A DNA stretch of 64,000 bases from Paraphysomonas bandaiensis (lineage: Eukaryota; Protista; Chrysophyceae). Location: the NCBI GenBank assembly GCA_965644295.1, contig CBFFRP010000451.1, forward strand, positions 54,937-118,936, in the 5' to 3' direction. Below, one piece after another: positions 1 to 12,577 of this stretch. Under the pieces are notes generated by a model. It ran no database searches and was not told where the DNA came from. It was given only the letters and a program-made list of their open reading frames with translations. The translations under genes and the position numbers were made by a program. Within the stretch, counting starts at the first letter, position 1; each line of letters begins with the position of its first letter.

Positions 1-682
1 TCGAATCTGTTAAGTATTACTTCGATAGAATTGATGTAATTGCTTCACGTGACTATATTCCGGAAAACGAAGACATCATGTATTCCCGCGTGCGAACATC
101 AGGAATCGTCACAGAGAGCTACGAAATAGATGGAGCAAAGTTTGAGATGTACGATGTAGGAGGACAACGTAACGAGAGGAAGAAGTGGATTCATTGCTTC
201 GAAGATGTGACGGCAATAATATTTGTGGCTGCCTTATCTGAGTATGACCAAAAACTCTTCGAGGACGCCTCAGCCAACCGCATGGTAAGAGCATTCCTTC
301 GCAGATTGTTTACCTTGACGTTTGTCCACAGATTGAAGCCCTGGACCTCTTTGATGAAATCATAAACAATGCATTCTTCCGAAAGTCGTCTATTATTTTA
401 TTTTTAAACAAGAGGGATTTGTTTGAAGAAAAGGTAAAAACAACTCCGATTCGGGATACCCCCGCCTTCTCCGATTATTCTGGACCGGATGGAGACTATG
501 ACGCTGGTCTTTCGTACTTTCTCAAGAAATTTCTAGCCCGTAACAAGTCAGGTGCTGATCACCAAATATACCACCATGCGACATGTGCAACCGACACCAA
601 GAATGTCAGAGTGGTGTTCAACTCCTGTAAAGACATTATCCTGAGGGAGAATTTGAAAAATAGTGGCTTTATGGACGACTAA
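1..682 (+). CDS. Heterotrimeric G-protein alpha subunit, 3' part (5' end outside window)
   Basis: Motifs RVRTSG, DVGGQRNERKKWIHCF, LFLNKRD and TCATDT are present. A GT-AG intron at 285-331 joins the two ORFs in frame. Stop is TAA at 680-682. Confidence 0.95.
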
Positions 683-1052
683 CATATTGTTGGTCTTATG
701 TACTGTGTTTATTCAAGTGCCCTACTATTCAGATTGAATGCAGCTCACGCGGTAAATGCGTTGTTAGGTCCTGCATCGTTACGTATAGGTTTCTTTTCAT
801 GTGGATGTATCATAAACGAAGCGTTATTTTGCTGTCGAGTGTATGCCGTGATGTCAATTCTTTGACACCAAATATAATCTAATAAATTGCTTATCCCTAC
901 GTTTTTTATCATGTAAATACTGTAGCTACCTGACATTGCTATCCTCAATACAACGATTGTGGAGCACCAAATATAGTTCTACGGATACTATTTACATTTT
1001 ACTTGTTGAATTTTGCTGTTTGTGAGCAATTTAAATTATATCCATTACTAGG

Positions 1053-1561
1053 GTACAGGATGACTGGGATACATTTTTGCCTACAGTACAATTGATGTAT
1101 AACACTACTGTGTCCTCGAGCACAAGTTTTACTCCATATTATATGATGTACGGTAGAGAATGCCGCTTGCCATCTATAGAGTTTACATTGTCCTCAAAAC
1201 TTTCAGAGCTTCGTTTACGACCTGGTACCATTGAAGCTGAATGGATTGATAATTTGTCGATTTCTTTGGAACAAGCTTGGAATTATGCAAAGAAGAAAGC
1301 TCAAAAGAATCATCTTCGACATAACATGGTATCTAGGCAACCTCGAGAGTTCAAAGAATTTAATGCATGGTATTTGTTCGACGTCCAATTAATGTGTTTA
1401 AATCGGCTGATGATGAGGAATTGTATAAAATTAATGCCAATCTACAAGCTAGATTTGAAGGACCTTATAAAGTTAGTCGGCGACTAAGTCCTATACTTTA
1501 TGATGCTGAAATTGAAGGAAAAGAAGTTCGAATCAATGCTACTAATATGAAGCCATTCTAG
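1053..1561 (+). pseudogene. Ty3/Gypsy retrotransposon integrase C-terminal fragment (5'-truncated, frameshifted)
   Basis: Reads QDDWDTFLP..YNTT..STSFTPYYMMYGRECRLP (end of the integrase core), then a frameshift near 1365-1375 into VFVRRP..LQARFEGPYKV (GPY/F motif). A purine tract follows. Confidence 0.85.
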
Positions 1562-1605
1562 GTTCGCAGTGAACTTCGTTCCGCATACTGGCGTATACGA
1601 CTGCT

Positions 1606-3193
1606 GGAGGGGGTAGTGTAATAACCAGCTATCGGGTTATTCTATATTCTACAAGCTCTCTATTGTATATGCTTAAGTTTGTACATACTATCTGTACAAC
1701 ATTGGTTGAATATTATTATTGCCATAACTCACTATGATATATACATATACGATATACATGACTATGACAATTCATGCTTATCATTGATACTTATATAATC
1801 ATTCAATAGACAAAGAAAGACATGAATATCAATAATGAGACATAATGATGATGGATGATATATATATATATATATGTTCTTATATATATTGACTTTAAGG
1901 TTGGAGAAGTTTACTGGAGAATTCCGGGTTTGATATCCACGCTCGTATCGGCATCCTCGGTCGTATGGGCAGTCAGCATCTTATTTTTCGGAAATATATT
2001 GAAGCAAAATTACTCTATATAACTGCAGTATAACTACGGCAAGATTACACATAATTGTTGTCTCAATATTAGAGGCATCTTTGAACAAAAATATACAAAG
2101 GATGCCGATATGGTATATTTTTGCCTTATTGAGACAACAATTATCTGTATTCAAGGCGTAGTTGTACTGCAGTAATATAGAGGATATTTGCTTCAATTTA
2201 TATCCGACAAATAATTAGTATTACGCTGATAGATGTGTACTGCCAGATTATCCAGTAATACAGTTATACATTACGTATTTCTTTCAGTGCTTATTGTGGG
2301 ATTGATTGTACTTAAGGAGTACGCATACAAGGCTTCAACTACAATGAGAATACTGAATGTATCTTCCCTTATACAGTGGTGATGAGTTATTATGATCAAC
2401 TGTGTTAGACTGTCTGGATGTGTTTGGTATTGAATATGAATGATGTTCATTCTATTGATCACGGAATCGTAGATAGACTTATATAAATTATTGATAATAA
2501 GATGCAATTTCTTCAAAAAATTGAGATACTAAGATCTCTACTTGGATGAGGAGACACTTGACCGAGTACGAGAGTCTGCTACTCTTATTATATAAGTCTA
2601 TCTACGATTCCGTGATCAATGGAATGAACATCATTCATATTCAATACCAAACACATCCAGACAGTCTAACACAGTTGATCATAATAACTCATCACCACTG
2701 TATAAGGGAAGATACATTCAGTATTCTCATTGTAGTTGAAGCCTTGTATGCGTACTCCTTAAGTACGGAGTTCAATCCCACAATAAGCACTGAAGGAAAT
2801 ACGTAATGTATAACTTTATTACTGGATAATCTGGCAGTACACATCTATCAGCGTGGATATCAAACCCGGAATTCTCCAGTAAACTTCTCCAGCCTTAAAG
2901 TCAATATATATATATATATAATAAGAACATATATATATATCATCCATCATCATTATCATCATTATGTCTCATTATTGATATTCATGTCTTTCTTTGTCTT
3001 TTGAATGATTATATAAATATCAATGATAAGCATGAATTGTCATAGTCATAATATATCATATATATCTTAGTGTGAGTTATGGCAATAATAATAATTTTCA
3101 ACCAATGTTGTACAGATAGTATGTACAAACTTAAACACATACAATCATAGAGAGCTTGTAGAATATAGAATAACCCGATAGCTTGTTATTACA
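1606..3193. mobile_element. Polypurine tract plus Gypsy LTR (starts TGTAATAAC at 1617), duplicated in inverted orientation (arms 1617-~2486 and ~2588-3193)
   Basis: GGAGGGGGTAG directly precedes TGTAATAACCAGCTATCGGG. The reverse complement read from 3193 gives TGTAATAACAAGCTATCGGG and stays near-identical for ~590 bp. The arms are separated by a ~100-bp spacer. Confidence 0.8.
1944..2227. repeat. 284-bp insertion in the left LTR arm; member of the CGTATCGGCA repeat family, itself a partial foldback
   Basis: It is absent from the right arm and bounded by ACGCT at 1939-1943 and 2223-2227. The reverse complement of ~1960-2110 aligns to 20932-21083 and 21245-21390. Confidence 0.75.
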
Positions 3194-4003
3194 AGGGCAA
3201 TACTATTGTAGTACAATCCATCAATACTATTGATGAAACGCTACCTAACAATAGTATTGCAATATATTATTATCCCCATTTTGTCTCAAAAAAAGCTTTT
3301 TTTTGACCTGATTTGGGCTCAACAGGGCGCTCATATCAGCACCGGGTAAATAGATACATTCAACTTCAATATTCGGTTCAACAGAAGCTCACTTCTATCT
3401 TCATTATGATAATGACAGTCATATGTACGTGATTTCATTATAGTACACAATTATAGAGAAACCACAATCATGAGCCAAATATCAAATGCAGATCATCTAA
3501 CTCCAAGTTATATTACATCGTTCGACTGCTGTATAAGATCACAACGATGTCAGTGCAAGTGATCTGTTTTCATATCCAGGAATTAGAAACTACTTCAACA
3601 ATATTACAGGAGAGTTTAAGTACCATATCTGATGCTGTATAGGTGGTTAGGAGCAGTAGCACCCAGTTCTTTCAAGGTTGGAGCCATATCGTGCTTCTCA
3701 GGATATTGTGTGTCTCATATCATACACACATCTTTCGATCAGGTGCACTTGCAGAGGTAAAGCCTGCTGTATATAAATGTGATGATGATGCTAATTAAGG
3801 CAATAAGAAGCCTCTCTCTCACCTTCAACTGTTTACATTTATCATCACACTTACAGTATACTTATCCTTGATTTGAAACTATATGAGTTTTCATTTGTGT
3901 TATTAATGTTAATCAAGGAACATCTATTTCTTAAAACAGCAAGCATGCTACAAATAGATATACATGTAATATTAACTTTTCAACGTCATGAGGATAAGCT
4001 ACA

Positions 4004-4123
4004 ATTTAACCTAGGGATAAGGAGTATCGTCCCTTGTCTAAATTTTAAAACTCGGGCTTTTCGCCCTCGTTTCAAAATTTTGAGCGCGGGACGATATAGC
4101 CTCCTTATTGCCCGTGGTTAAAT
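4004..4123. repeat. ~120-bp imperfect palindrome (MITE-like hairpin)
   Basis: ATTTAACC..ATAAGGAGTATCGTCCC pairs with GGGACGATATAGCCTCCTTATTGCCCGTGGTTAAAT. The centre is CTCGGGCTTTTCGCCCTCG. Confidence 0.65.
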
Positions 4124-5283
4124 ATAACTATCCCTATCCCTGTATTGTACTATTGTTAGATAGCGTCTCACCTATAATATTGATGGAGTGTTTAAACCGA
4201 CCCAACAATATTATTGCAATATATTTCAACTTGCGTAGATTTTATACTTAGTACTAGTTATCAAGATCGCATGACAACTAAACCCACTATGCTGCTAGCA
4301 GCCAAAGACTACCTACTGCTTAGCTAGTCACAATCTTCCTCCTACTCATTCTCTGAACCATCATTACTGGTGATGCTATTATCACCACATTCATTCAAAA
4401 CTAATTGAAATATGAATCCGGCCACAAGTGTGGATTAGCTTTCAGAAACAACATCGTAATATCAAGTCTAGTAGAATGCATATATTTAGCACTGAGATAA
4501 GAAGTCTAGCTGTGCTCAAAAGTCGTTCACATGTATTGGAAGTGCATTTCTCAAGTCGTCTATACGGAGTGATATCGGAATTCTGTCGAGCAGTAGGAAT
4601 CATATCAGTCACTACACCCGGTGGCCTCTGATTCTTGACACAGGATCTCTTATACGCAACCACTCGAGCAGAACCTGAGAAAGATAGAGGACCATCGTGT
4701 GACATTAATCCTTTCTTGTAGCAGACAGGTTGGTCACGTAGCAAGGAAGCATTTTTAGTCTGCTTTAGCTTCCATTAGCAGGTCTGCTTGTCGAATGAAT
4801 GAGGGGTCGTCTGCCTTCATAGGTATTGCCGCATCTCTTTGCTACGGATGAGATCATTGACAGTAAGATTAAGGCTTAAGTCTGACACCAAAAGCAGCTG
4901 TAAATATCTCTATTCTTGTAAGCATTCATCGTTCAGGCGTCTCTTCTTATCAGTGTAATACATGCATGTCCGTGATATAGAGCTAGCTAGAGCTGGATCT
5001 GTCACGGCGATATAAGAGTTCCGTATAAGGCCATTTTTAATAACTGAAATCCCTAAATCCGGGGATTTTGGGAGTAAAAGCAGGATGTTTCTTATAAAGG
5101 GGTGATATACAGTATGTACGAAGTGTGTACTCTTGTGGACCCTTTTTTTTATCCATTTTTAGGGTAAAAATGGACAGAAAAAAAATTACATCTACATTTT
5201 TACCCTCATGGCATTATAGAGAGCACCTCCCACCTACATGGACATACATACATACATACATACACAGCACAGAGTGAGTGTTC

Positions 5284-5314
<31 letters not shown>

Positions 5315-5319
5315 CTGAT

Positions 5320-6654
5320 ATGCTCACTGTTCTCTTTCTTCTGACTCTCATCGCTATCTCTGATGCTGTTCAGACATGTTCATCAGTGATAAGAAGGGAC
5401 TCTAGTGATGGTATCTATCATCTTGCATCTGATCAGGGTCAAGTGAATGTATACTGCGATATGCACACTGATGGAGGGGGGTGGACTCTACTATACAACT
5501 ATGAGCATGAAGGAGGGACGAATCCAGTACTACTGGCTCATGTTGCACCCTTATCACTGTCTTCGAACTCCCATACAACCGTGTCGAATCTCGGATACGC
5601 ACATGAACTCATACGAGAAGTTAGATTCGAGTGCACATCAGGATCACACTCACGAAGATTACACTTTAAAACAGCTGAGGCTCATATTATCCATACTGCT
5701 TATAGTGGGAAGAAAAATAATGATCCGTCATATTGGAAAGATGGCTTCATCCCTCTGAATGGTCATACAGCATATCTTCCAGAATTCACGAATCAAGCTT
5801 ACGATAATGGGGCATTCTTGGAGTTTCCCTTCAGGGAAATAAATAAGCATAACTGGGCTATCCGAGGTAGCGGGTTTAGATGGGAATGTGACGATAATAG
5901 TGTGAGCAACAATTTTAATACAACTCACAGAGTCTGGGTGCGCTTAGGCTGTCCACCAGGCACGTATAAAACTACCACCGGGTGCTTTGAGTGCCCTACT
6001 GATTTCACATCAGGGTATGATAGTGCTGTATGTAGCCCGGTACCCACTTCAGTTCCCACATATACCCCGACGAGATATCCCACGGAATACCCCACAACGA
6101 CACCTACTGTTGGTTGTTCACATGCTTACGACATTTTGCATCCGAATGGAGGCGATGAGTATGTTATAAACGAAACTGTTCCGTTACAGTCGAACTGGAC
6201 GTATAAGGGCAATTGTGTGTCACACTTTTTGAAGTTTAGTCTTTGTTTCCACTCTCCCATAGGAAGCATTGAGTGCTTCGCAAGTAACGCGACTAATTCT
6301 GCAAGTTACTTTAATACTGGACCACTTATTCTTAATTCTGAAGGAAGAGCGGATATTTATTTCAAGACCGGGCTACCGCCTGGTAATGGCTACTATACGC
6401 TAAAAATCTATGACAATGTGTTCGCTGCTTCAATGGCTGAGTCACTACCATTCAAACTCACATTTGCGTTTGATGACGACTCATCAGTGAGGTCAAGTGA
6501 TGCGTCGTTTAATTTAATAAGTTATAGAAAATACATGGATATAGCGGTTATTGTTTTGCTTAGTAGTATTGGGTTAGTCTTTGGGGTTTATGCGTGTCTG
6601 AAGTATTTTGTGTTCAAGCAGATCCGAGAGAAGGAAGGGGACCAAAACGGGTGA
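5320..6654 (+). CDS. Type I membrane protein with fibrinogen-like (YCDMxxxGGGW) N-terminal domain, Cys-rich segment, PT stalk and C-terminal TM helix
   Basis: It has a signal-peptide-like MLTVLFLLTLIAISDA, the motif VYCDMHTDGGGWTL, CPPGTYK..C..CP, PT repeats and the TM segment IAVIVLLSSIGLVFGVYACL. It appears intronless. The ATG at 5320 is preferred over the GTG at 5278. Confidence 0.75.
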   Translation: MLTVLFLLTLIAISDAVQTCSSVIRRDSSDGIYHLASDQGQVNVYCDMHTDGGGWTLLYNYEHEGGTNPVLLAHVAPLSLSSNSHTTVSNLGYAHELIREVRFECTSGSHSRRLHFKTAEAHIIHTAYSGKKNNDPSYWKDGFIPLNGHTAYLPEFTNQAYDNGAFLEFPFREINKHNWAIRGSGFRWECDDNSVSNNFNTTHRVWVRLGCPPGTYKTTTGCFECPTDFTSGYDSAVCSPVPTSVPTYTPTRYPTEYPTTTPTVGCSHAYDILHPNGGDEYVINETVPLQSNWTYKGNCVSHFLKFSLCFHSPIGSIECFASNATNSASYFNTGPLILNSEGRADIYFKTGLPPGNGYYTLKIYDNVFAASMAESLPFKLTFAFDDDSSVRSSDASFNLISYRKYMDIAVIVLLSSIGLVFGVYACLKYFVFKQIREKEGDQNG

Positions 6655-6878
6655 TCCTTGCGAACCTGCGTGTGTTTATATATTATGCTGCCGAAATAAT
6701 AATAATGAAAGGGTCTACCCAAGTTATAACTCTTACATGCGTTAATATCTATATATCTATATTATACTAATCAGACATTACTGTCCGCTCATCCATTATT
6801 GTTGCTTGCACACACTAGTGGTGATATATATTGGTAGCGACTTAATGTAGTTGCTAACTTTGAAATAATATTCTTGAA

Positions 6879-7012
6879 TAGTATTGGGTTAGTCTTTGGG
6901 GTTTACACGCTTCTGAAGAATTTTGTGCTCCAGGAAGCAAGGGGACTAAATTAGGTGGACCTTGCGGAACCTGCGTGTGTTTATATATGCTGTCGAAATA
7001 ATAATAATAATA
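6879..7012 (+). repeat. Degenerate tandem duplicate of the 3' end and 3'UTR of the fibrinogen-like gene
   Basis: TAGTATTGGGTTAGTCTTTGGGGTTTA...CCTTGCG(G)AACCTGCGTGTGTTTATATA..GAAATAATAATAAT matches 6564-6706 with substitutions and indels. Confidence 0.8.
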
Positions 7013-8641
7013 ATAATAAGTAGTTGTTATTAGAGTTATTTTTTGCGTTGCAAGCTTCCCCTCTGCTTCTACTAGTGTCTTGTAATATCATATTTTAATA
7101 TGGCTGCATTTGCCTCACTTGAGTTTGCAAATGCTCCAACCGAATAGCCTGATTGTGAATACATTGCATATACGCATAAAGTCCTTATCCCTAAGTCACA
7201 TTTTAGCTTATCCTCATGATGTTGTAAACCTAACATATCTAGATTATGCAATAATATCTATTTTTATAGCTTGTTTGCTGTGTGAGGATATATGTGCTCC
7301 CTGCTGATTAAAATATGATGAAAACAAATGAAAAATTAATGGTATCTACATATGGGAATGGCAATAGTTCTGGACTAACTTAAAACAATAAATCCCTTAA
7401 TTTCAATAATAGCTACAACAAGTGTACCCTACCGCAGGAGGATACTGACGGAGTATAGCAGCAAATGCGGAGTAATTAAATTTGTACGAAAGTGTGATGA
7501 TAAATAGTCGCTCGAGGTTTTTTATTGTCATTAGCATCATCATCACATATCTATATTGTATACATCGCGCTTAACCTCTGCTAGCGCAACTGACTCGAAT
7601 GCTGTGTGTATGGTATATTATGATATGACGATCGATATGATATGATGGTATATAACACGACGTGACCCAAACTCTGACAGGACTTGGCTCCAGTGCTCCA
7701 AATAACCTTTAACATCAGATGTGGTATAAGTTTCGAAGTCCGGGCTATATATGAAGATAGATCTTCTACATCAGATGAAGGATGGAATAAAACTCGACGT
7801 GTTTAATGAGCTTTTGAAAAAGTTGAGTCATCATTGCGGTTTCTCTAAAATTGTGTAATGTTATGAAGTCACTCTCAAATTACTGACAATATCATAATTA
7901 AATGGAATATAGTACCTGATCGAATTCCCGAATATTGAAGTTAAACTTAGTAAGAAAACTTAGATAAACACTCAAAGCAGAAAATTAGAAATTACTAATG
8001 ACATGTCATATATCATTCATTGTCATTCACCAACTCGTTTTATCTCTACTACACCAATTATTTCTAGTACGATCTTACATCATCATTATCTTGTACAGTC
8101 AATGTATCTTAGTTTCAGTAGTACAATAGCTATCATATCATTGGTTCTCATTATACGGTTAGCTACTACTGTATACTTTGAGTAACGGTTATAATTCAAA
8201 TATCGTAGAAACTACAATTTTTAATTGCTCACAAACAGCAGAACTCAACCTAATGTGCTAATATGAGCGTTCAGGTGAATCACGATTTGAGACAAAATGG
8301 TGATGACATATAATACAAGTATGAAGTATGATTTTGAAGCAAACGTGATATAGCACGTGCTACTTGAAGTCCGATTATTGTTGCTAGAGAATATTTAGCT
8401 GGCTAGATATTGTGCTGATGTAAGGTTTGCAGGCTTCCCTAGTAATTATATGGGTATTGTTGAAATTGTAAACATAATTCGAAGAAGTGTTCTACTTAAT
8501 TCATCACATCACATTACAACCAACACTTCGCGGAGCTACGGCAAGTTTAATACTATCATGCGGAACATCACCAACAGCTCAACCTGATTCAAAGCAATGA
8601 AACGGCATACTAGTATATAGATCCAATTTCAAACGGTCTTC

Positions 8642-11600
8642 CTAAAGGGGATCATTGTCAGTTTCCCTACATATATATCATATTAGAATATAGAGACAAC
8701 TACAGCACTACGTACAGAACGGTGTAATCCACTTTGGTTGACAGCCCTTGAGTAAGGCCTTCTTCGTCTTCGTCCTGTACAAAACATGAAGTAGTGCTCA
8801 TGTAGCACGCAATGCAAGTAACCTGAATGTTATCCAGCACTTTCCCAACAAGGTATTCCTGACGCTTAAGCTATAGAACAAGTATCAACAAATGAAGCCA
8901 TACATAGGAAGCAAAAACCTGGATATCAACTTCCGGAGGAACGTCGGGAACAGCAATCGCAATAAGGGCATTAATACTGCATATTTATCACTCTTTGCAC
9001 AAAACAAGCTGAACATAAAAGGCACCGTGTACTTACGTGATTATCCCTCCAGCGAAGCATATGAAGATCCATACTCTTACGACCCATCGATAGTCATCGG
9101 TGTATGTACCAGTGAAAGCAACCAGGGCGGCATTGGTTATGACTGCAAAGAGAGACATGATCTCCAATATTCCGTGCCTAAGGAAGTACAGTTCTTAAAA
9201 TAGGACCTATCGAGTCACATTACAACGTCTTTACCAAGTTCCAATGTCCTCTGCAGATCGTGGTTCAGCTCGGCGACAAACTTGGCAAAGTTTCCAGGCA
9301 TCCACTCGAATTTCTATACAAAAACATATAACAACAGAGGATACAGGCTTTCATCCTTACCAATGTAATTATTCACGAAAGACATTACAGTCGCCAGAGG
9401 GAAAGCCGCAACAAACATGGTTGTGTATCCGAACTATGCAGGTACATAATAAACTCAGAACGGATGCACTGAAGATTTTAGTTAGACCTGAATCATCATC
9501 TCAGCGAAGTCGTCAAACGTGCCAAGCATCACGTGGTACTCCGGCTGTACAGTGACGAAAATAATGAGGGCGCGGCAAAAGATTAGAACAGTTATGCACA
9601 GCAAAACACAGGCTGACCTGATAGAAAGTTTTCTCTACCTCTGACAACTCAGCAGTTGCCCCTTTAGTCCCCTCCCTTTCCTTCAAGTAAGATTGTATAT
9701 ACGGCACCAGTACCTGGAAAAGATAAAAGAATATATATCCTACATCACTTGCTCACCTCGGTGAAATTTCCAATAGCCAGGCGTGTAAGAAATATTGTAC
9801 CAAGGTTGGTCTGAAGCTCCTGCATACAGCTAATACCAAGAGTGAAACAAACGACAGAACAAAGAGCATTTCTTATACACCAATTCGACATATAGAGTAA
9901 CGAGCTACATTTATTTGAGTGGCACACCTGTCTATGCATGGATCCAACGTTGGGATGAAGGGTTTAACAAACGCAATGTAGAAAAGTGATGCGTAAGAGT
10001 TCACAAACTGAAACACAAAAGTCTTTGATATAAGCGCATCTTCGTACTTCGTGTCAGTGCGGTGGTTTTCATAGTCATTCAGCTTGATCGCAATGTCTCC
10101 GTATATCATATTCATAACCTAAGAAGACGAGCACGTAAGATACACAATGCATAAACAAAGGAGGATCACAAACCTGAATCTGAATGGCGTTAAGAATGGC
10201 CGCAATAGTCGATCCCAGTTGCATTTCGCCCAAAGTAAGAGACTTAATTTGACTTAACGTGAGCTTGATTATGAATATAGCCACCACAGCTCCAATGACA
10301 ATACATATAAAACCTGATATAACAATGGATGATTGAAACAACCTTTGTTGCTCCTCGTTACGTGGAAAGTAAAGATAGGGTTTTCCAGTTACAGGTGAGG
10401 GTCGCTTCTCCCCAATAAACTGAGGGCGAGGTTGTTCTTCTTCTTCGAACCCCTCCATACCCCATTTCATGGCATACAAATTCTCCTTGCGCTTCCAGAA
10501 TTCCAAAAATAAAGTCGACCAGAAGCCCATAAAGGCAGCAAAGTACGGCATCACAGCGGCATTAGGGTCATTACCTTCGGTGGCAACATTGATCCAAGCA
10601 AAGAATCCAACCACTGCAGCAACAATTAGCCACGACGTATAATGTCCTAGCCACAAAAAGTACAGTCCAATTTTTTCTCCCATGTAGTTCTTAATGTCAT
10701 CCACTGGTTGATTCCAAGGGAACTGAAAAAACTGGAGCCACTTTTCCTCTAGAGTTCGCAGCTCCACGTGGTCATGCAGCGGGAAGAATCCAATCATACA
10801 TTTCTGCTGAAGAAGCTTGTAAATATCTAGATTACATCCGCCTTCATATTTCTTCGCAGCAATGATGCCATAAATAAGCTTTAACCGATCGACGCCGCGG
10901 AACACGGTTCCGTTTTCGTACCTCTGATACAAGTCTGCAACGTCAGGACGGTCACACTCGTACTTCGCGTATATGTAATCGTACGGCGAATATGGTGTCT
11001 CAACACACTCGTCAGGAATTGTTACAGGGGGCCACAAACCCTTTCGAAACTCAAGTTAGAAATCATGAAACATAAACTTAGAAAATCAAATATACCGGTC
11101 GGCCCTCTTTACATAGTTCCTTTAATTTTATTGGATCCAGTTTCAATTTCATATCAACGCGATCCGCTTCCTTCTCTAGACGGTGCAAAGGTACACGAAC
11201 TTTGCAGTAGACCTCATCCGCCTAGATAAAACATGAGCAATCCAATCATATCTATCGTATATATACCTGTACACTGTAGAAAAGTCGCGTTTGAAGTCCC
11301 CCGTCAGCAAGTTCACGAAGCAGTCTCTTCAAACTATATTTCGATTGCGCGGCAGTTAATCGATCATTTTCTTTGTACACTTCAAACACAAACACAATAT
11401 CCCAGGAGTATCCATTCTCTTCTCTGAAGTTATCATTCTTAACACGTCGTTTTTCTTTTGCTACTCGGATCCTCTCTGCCATCGCTCTATACACACATAC
11501 ATTAATTATATACATACACGTACATACATACATATATACACATCAATCTATACACACATACATAATCTACATATAGATACACGTATATGGGCCTATATGA

Positions 11601-11764
11601 GGGGGATCTCATCACCTCTGCCACTGTGCACTCATCTTTAATAGGAAATACAATAGAGCCATGAGTATCGCGCATAGACCGACAATCACGAGGAAGTCTG
11701 ACCATGCTGGAGTCGTAGAGCCTAACCGCCTGCTCTCCACAGACACAGAGGGCTCTATCTCCAT
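8642..11764 (-). CDS. Anoctamin/TMEM16 family protein (paralog A), multi-exon
   Basis: Motifs FFPLHD, QPVDDIKNYMGEKIGLYFLWLGHY, FLEFWKR, ENHRTD..YED.LI.K.F.FQFVNSY, FPLA and AEDIGTW are present. The first exon (MEIEPS...) starts at 11764 and the last exon ETDNDPL* ends at 8642. Confidence 0.92.
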
Positions 11765-12109
11765 CCCTCAATACAGTTTAATTCACGGATATTATGTGGA
11801 ATGTATCAGTGAGGTGTATGTATGTTCATGCTATGGTTTGGATTTTGATATGAGGGGAGTGTGTATGTATGCCTCTATATATATGTGTGTGTATGACTGT
11901 GTGTGTGTATAGTATACGCACATAGTGCTTGCACACACAGTCCTTGTATCATACATACATACATCTACATACACTCCTACAACTACAAAGCACTGCATTG
12001 CTGTATGCTATGAGTACATACATACACCAGCATTACTGTATATCTGTGTACAGAGTATCTGATATTGCATACATATCCTTGACAAAACACTCTCATGTAT
12101 AGATATGCA

Positions 12110-12330
12110 GGTTTTTCTGTATATTGCCACCATAAAACCCTGTTTTTATACCCTTTGACAGATTTTGTTGTAATCAAAACTCATACCTCCATCATTTTAT
12201 TTGTGCCAATGCTCTGGTATCTTTAAAGGACACCCCCAATATCCATATTTTTATAAGATTTCAAAAGTTTTTCCAAAGGATTCCATAAATAATATCTAAA
12301 AACCCTGGATATTCAAGATAATTTTGTGTA
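12110..12330. promoter_or_regulatory. Probable bidirectional promoter core (A/T-tract rich) between the anoctamin pair
   Basis: A-tract/T-tract sequence with AAAACCC/GATTTT-type words is sandwiched between TATG/CATA-rich flanks. Similar cores occur at ~5040-5200, 39900-40060, 43870-44070 and 54330-54410. Function is inferred from position only. Confidence 0.4.
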
Positions 12331-12577
12331 TCAATACACACTGCTGTATGTCTAGTATGTATATATGTATGTATATGTATGTATGTGTGTATCGTAGAGC
12401 AGTGTATGTATATGTATAGGTTAGCTGTCATATAGAGCACTCTACATACATATATATTCACAGTACCATAACTCTTCCCCCACTTGTCTTGTACTTGTGG
12501 GAATGTTTCCTATTGAATATCCATAAGACACTGATAGGGAGTGAGTGTTGATTGTTGTATTAAACTATCAGTTAAGA

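Noticed and set aside
2271-2806. Two near-identical ORFs on opposite strands (81 and 86 aa) resembling a duplicated gene
   Set aside because: They are mirror images inside the LTR foldback arms, with no recognisable protein motif.
4442-4970. Possible minus-strand gene divergent from the fibrinogen-like gene
   Set aside because: Only a 100-aa ORF without an ATG start or motifs, and no consistent exon chain could be traced.
1005-8250. Short inverted match between ~1005-1050 and ~8181-8250 as termini of a 7-kb element
   Set aside because: Only ~25-45 bp of AT-rich similarity, with no TSD. Two remnants of a dispersed repeat is the simpler explanation.
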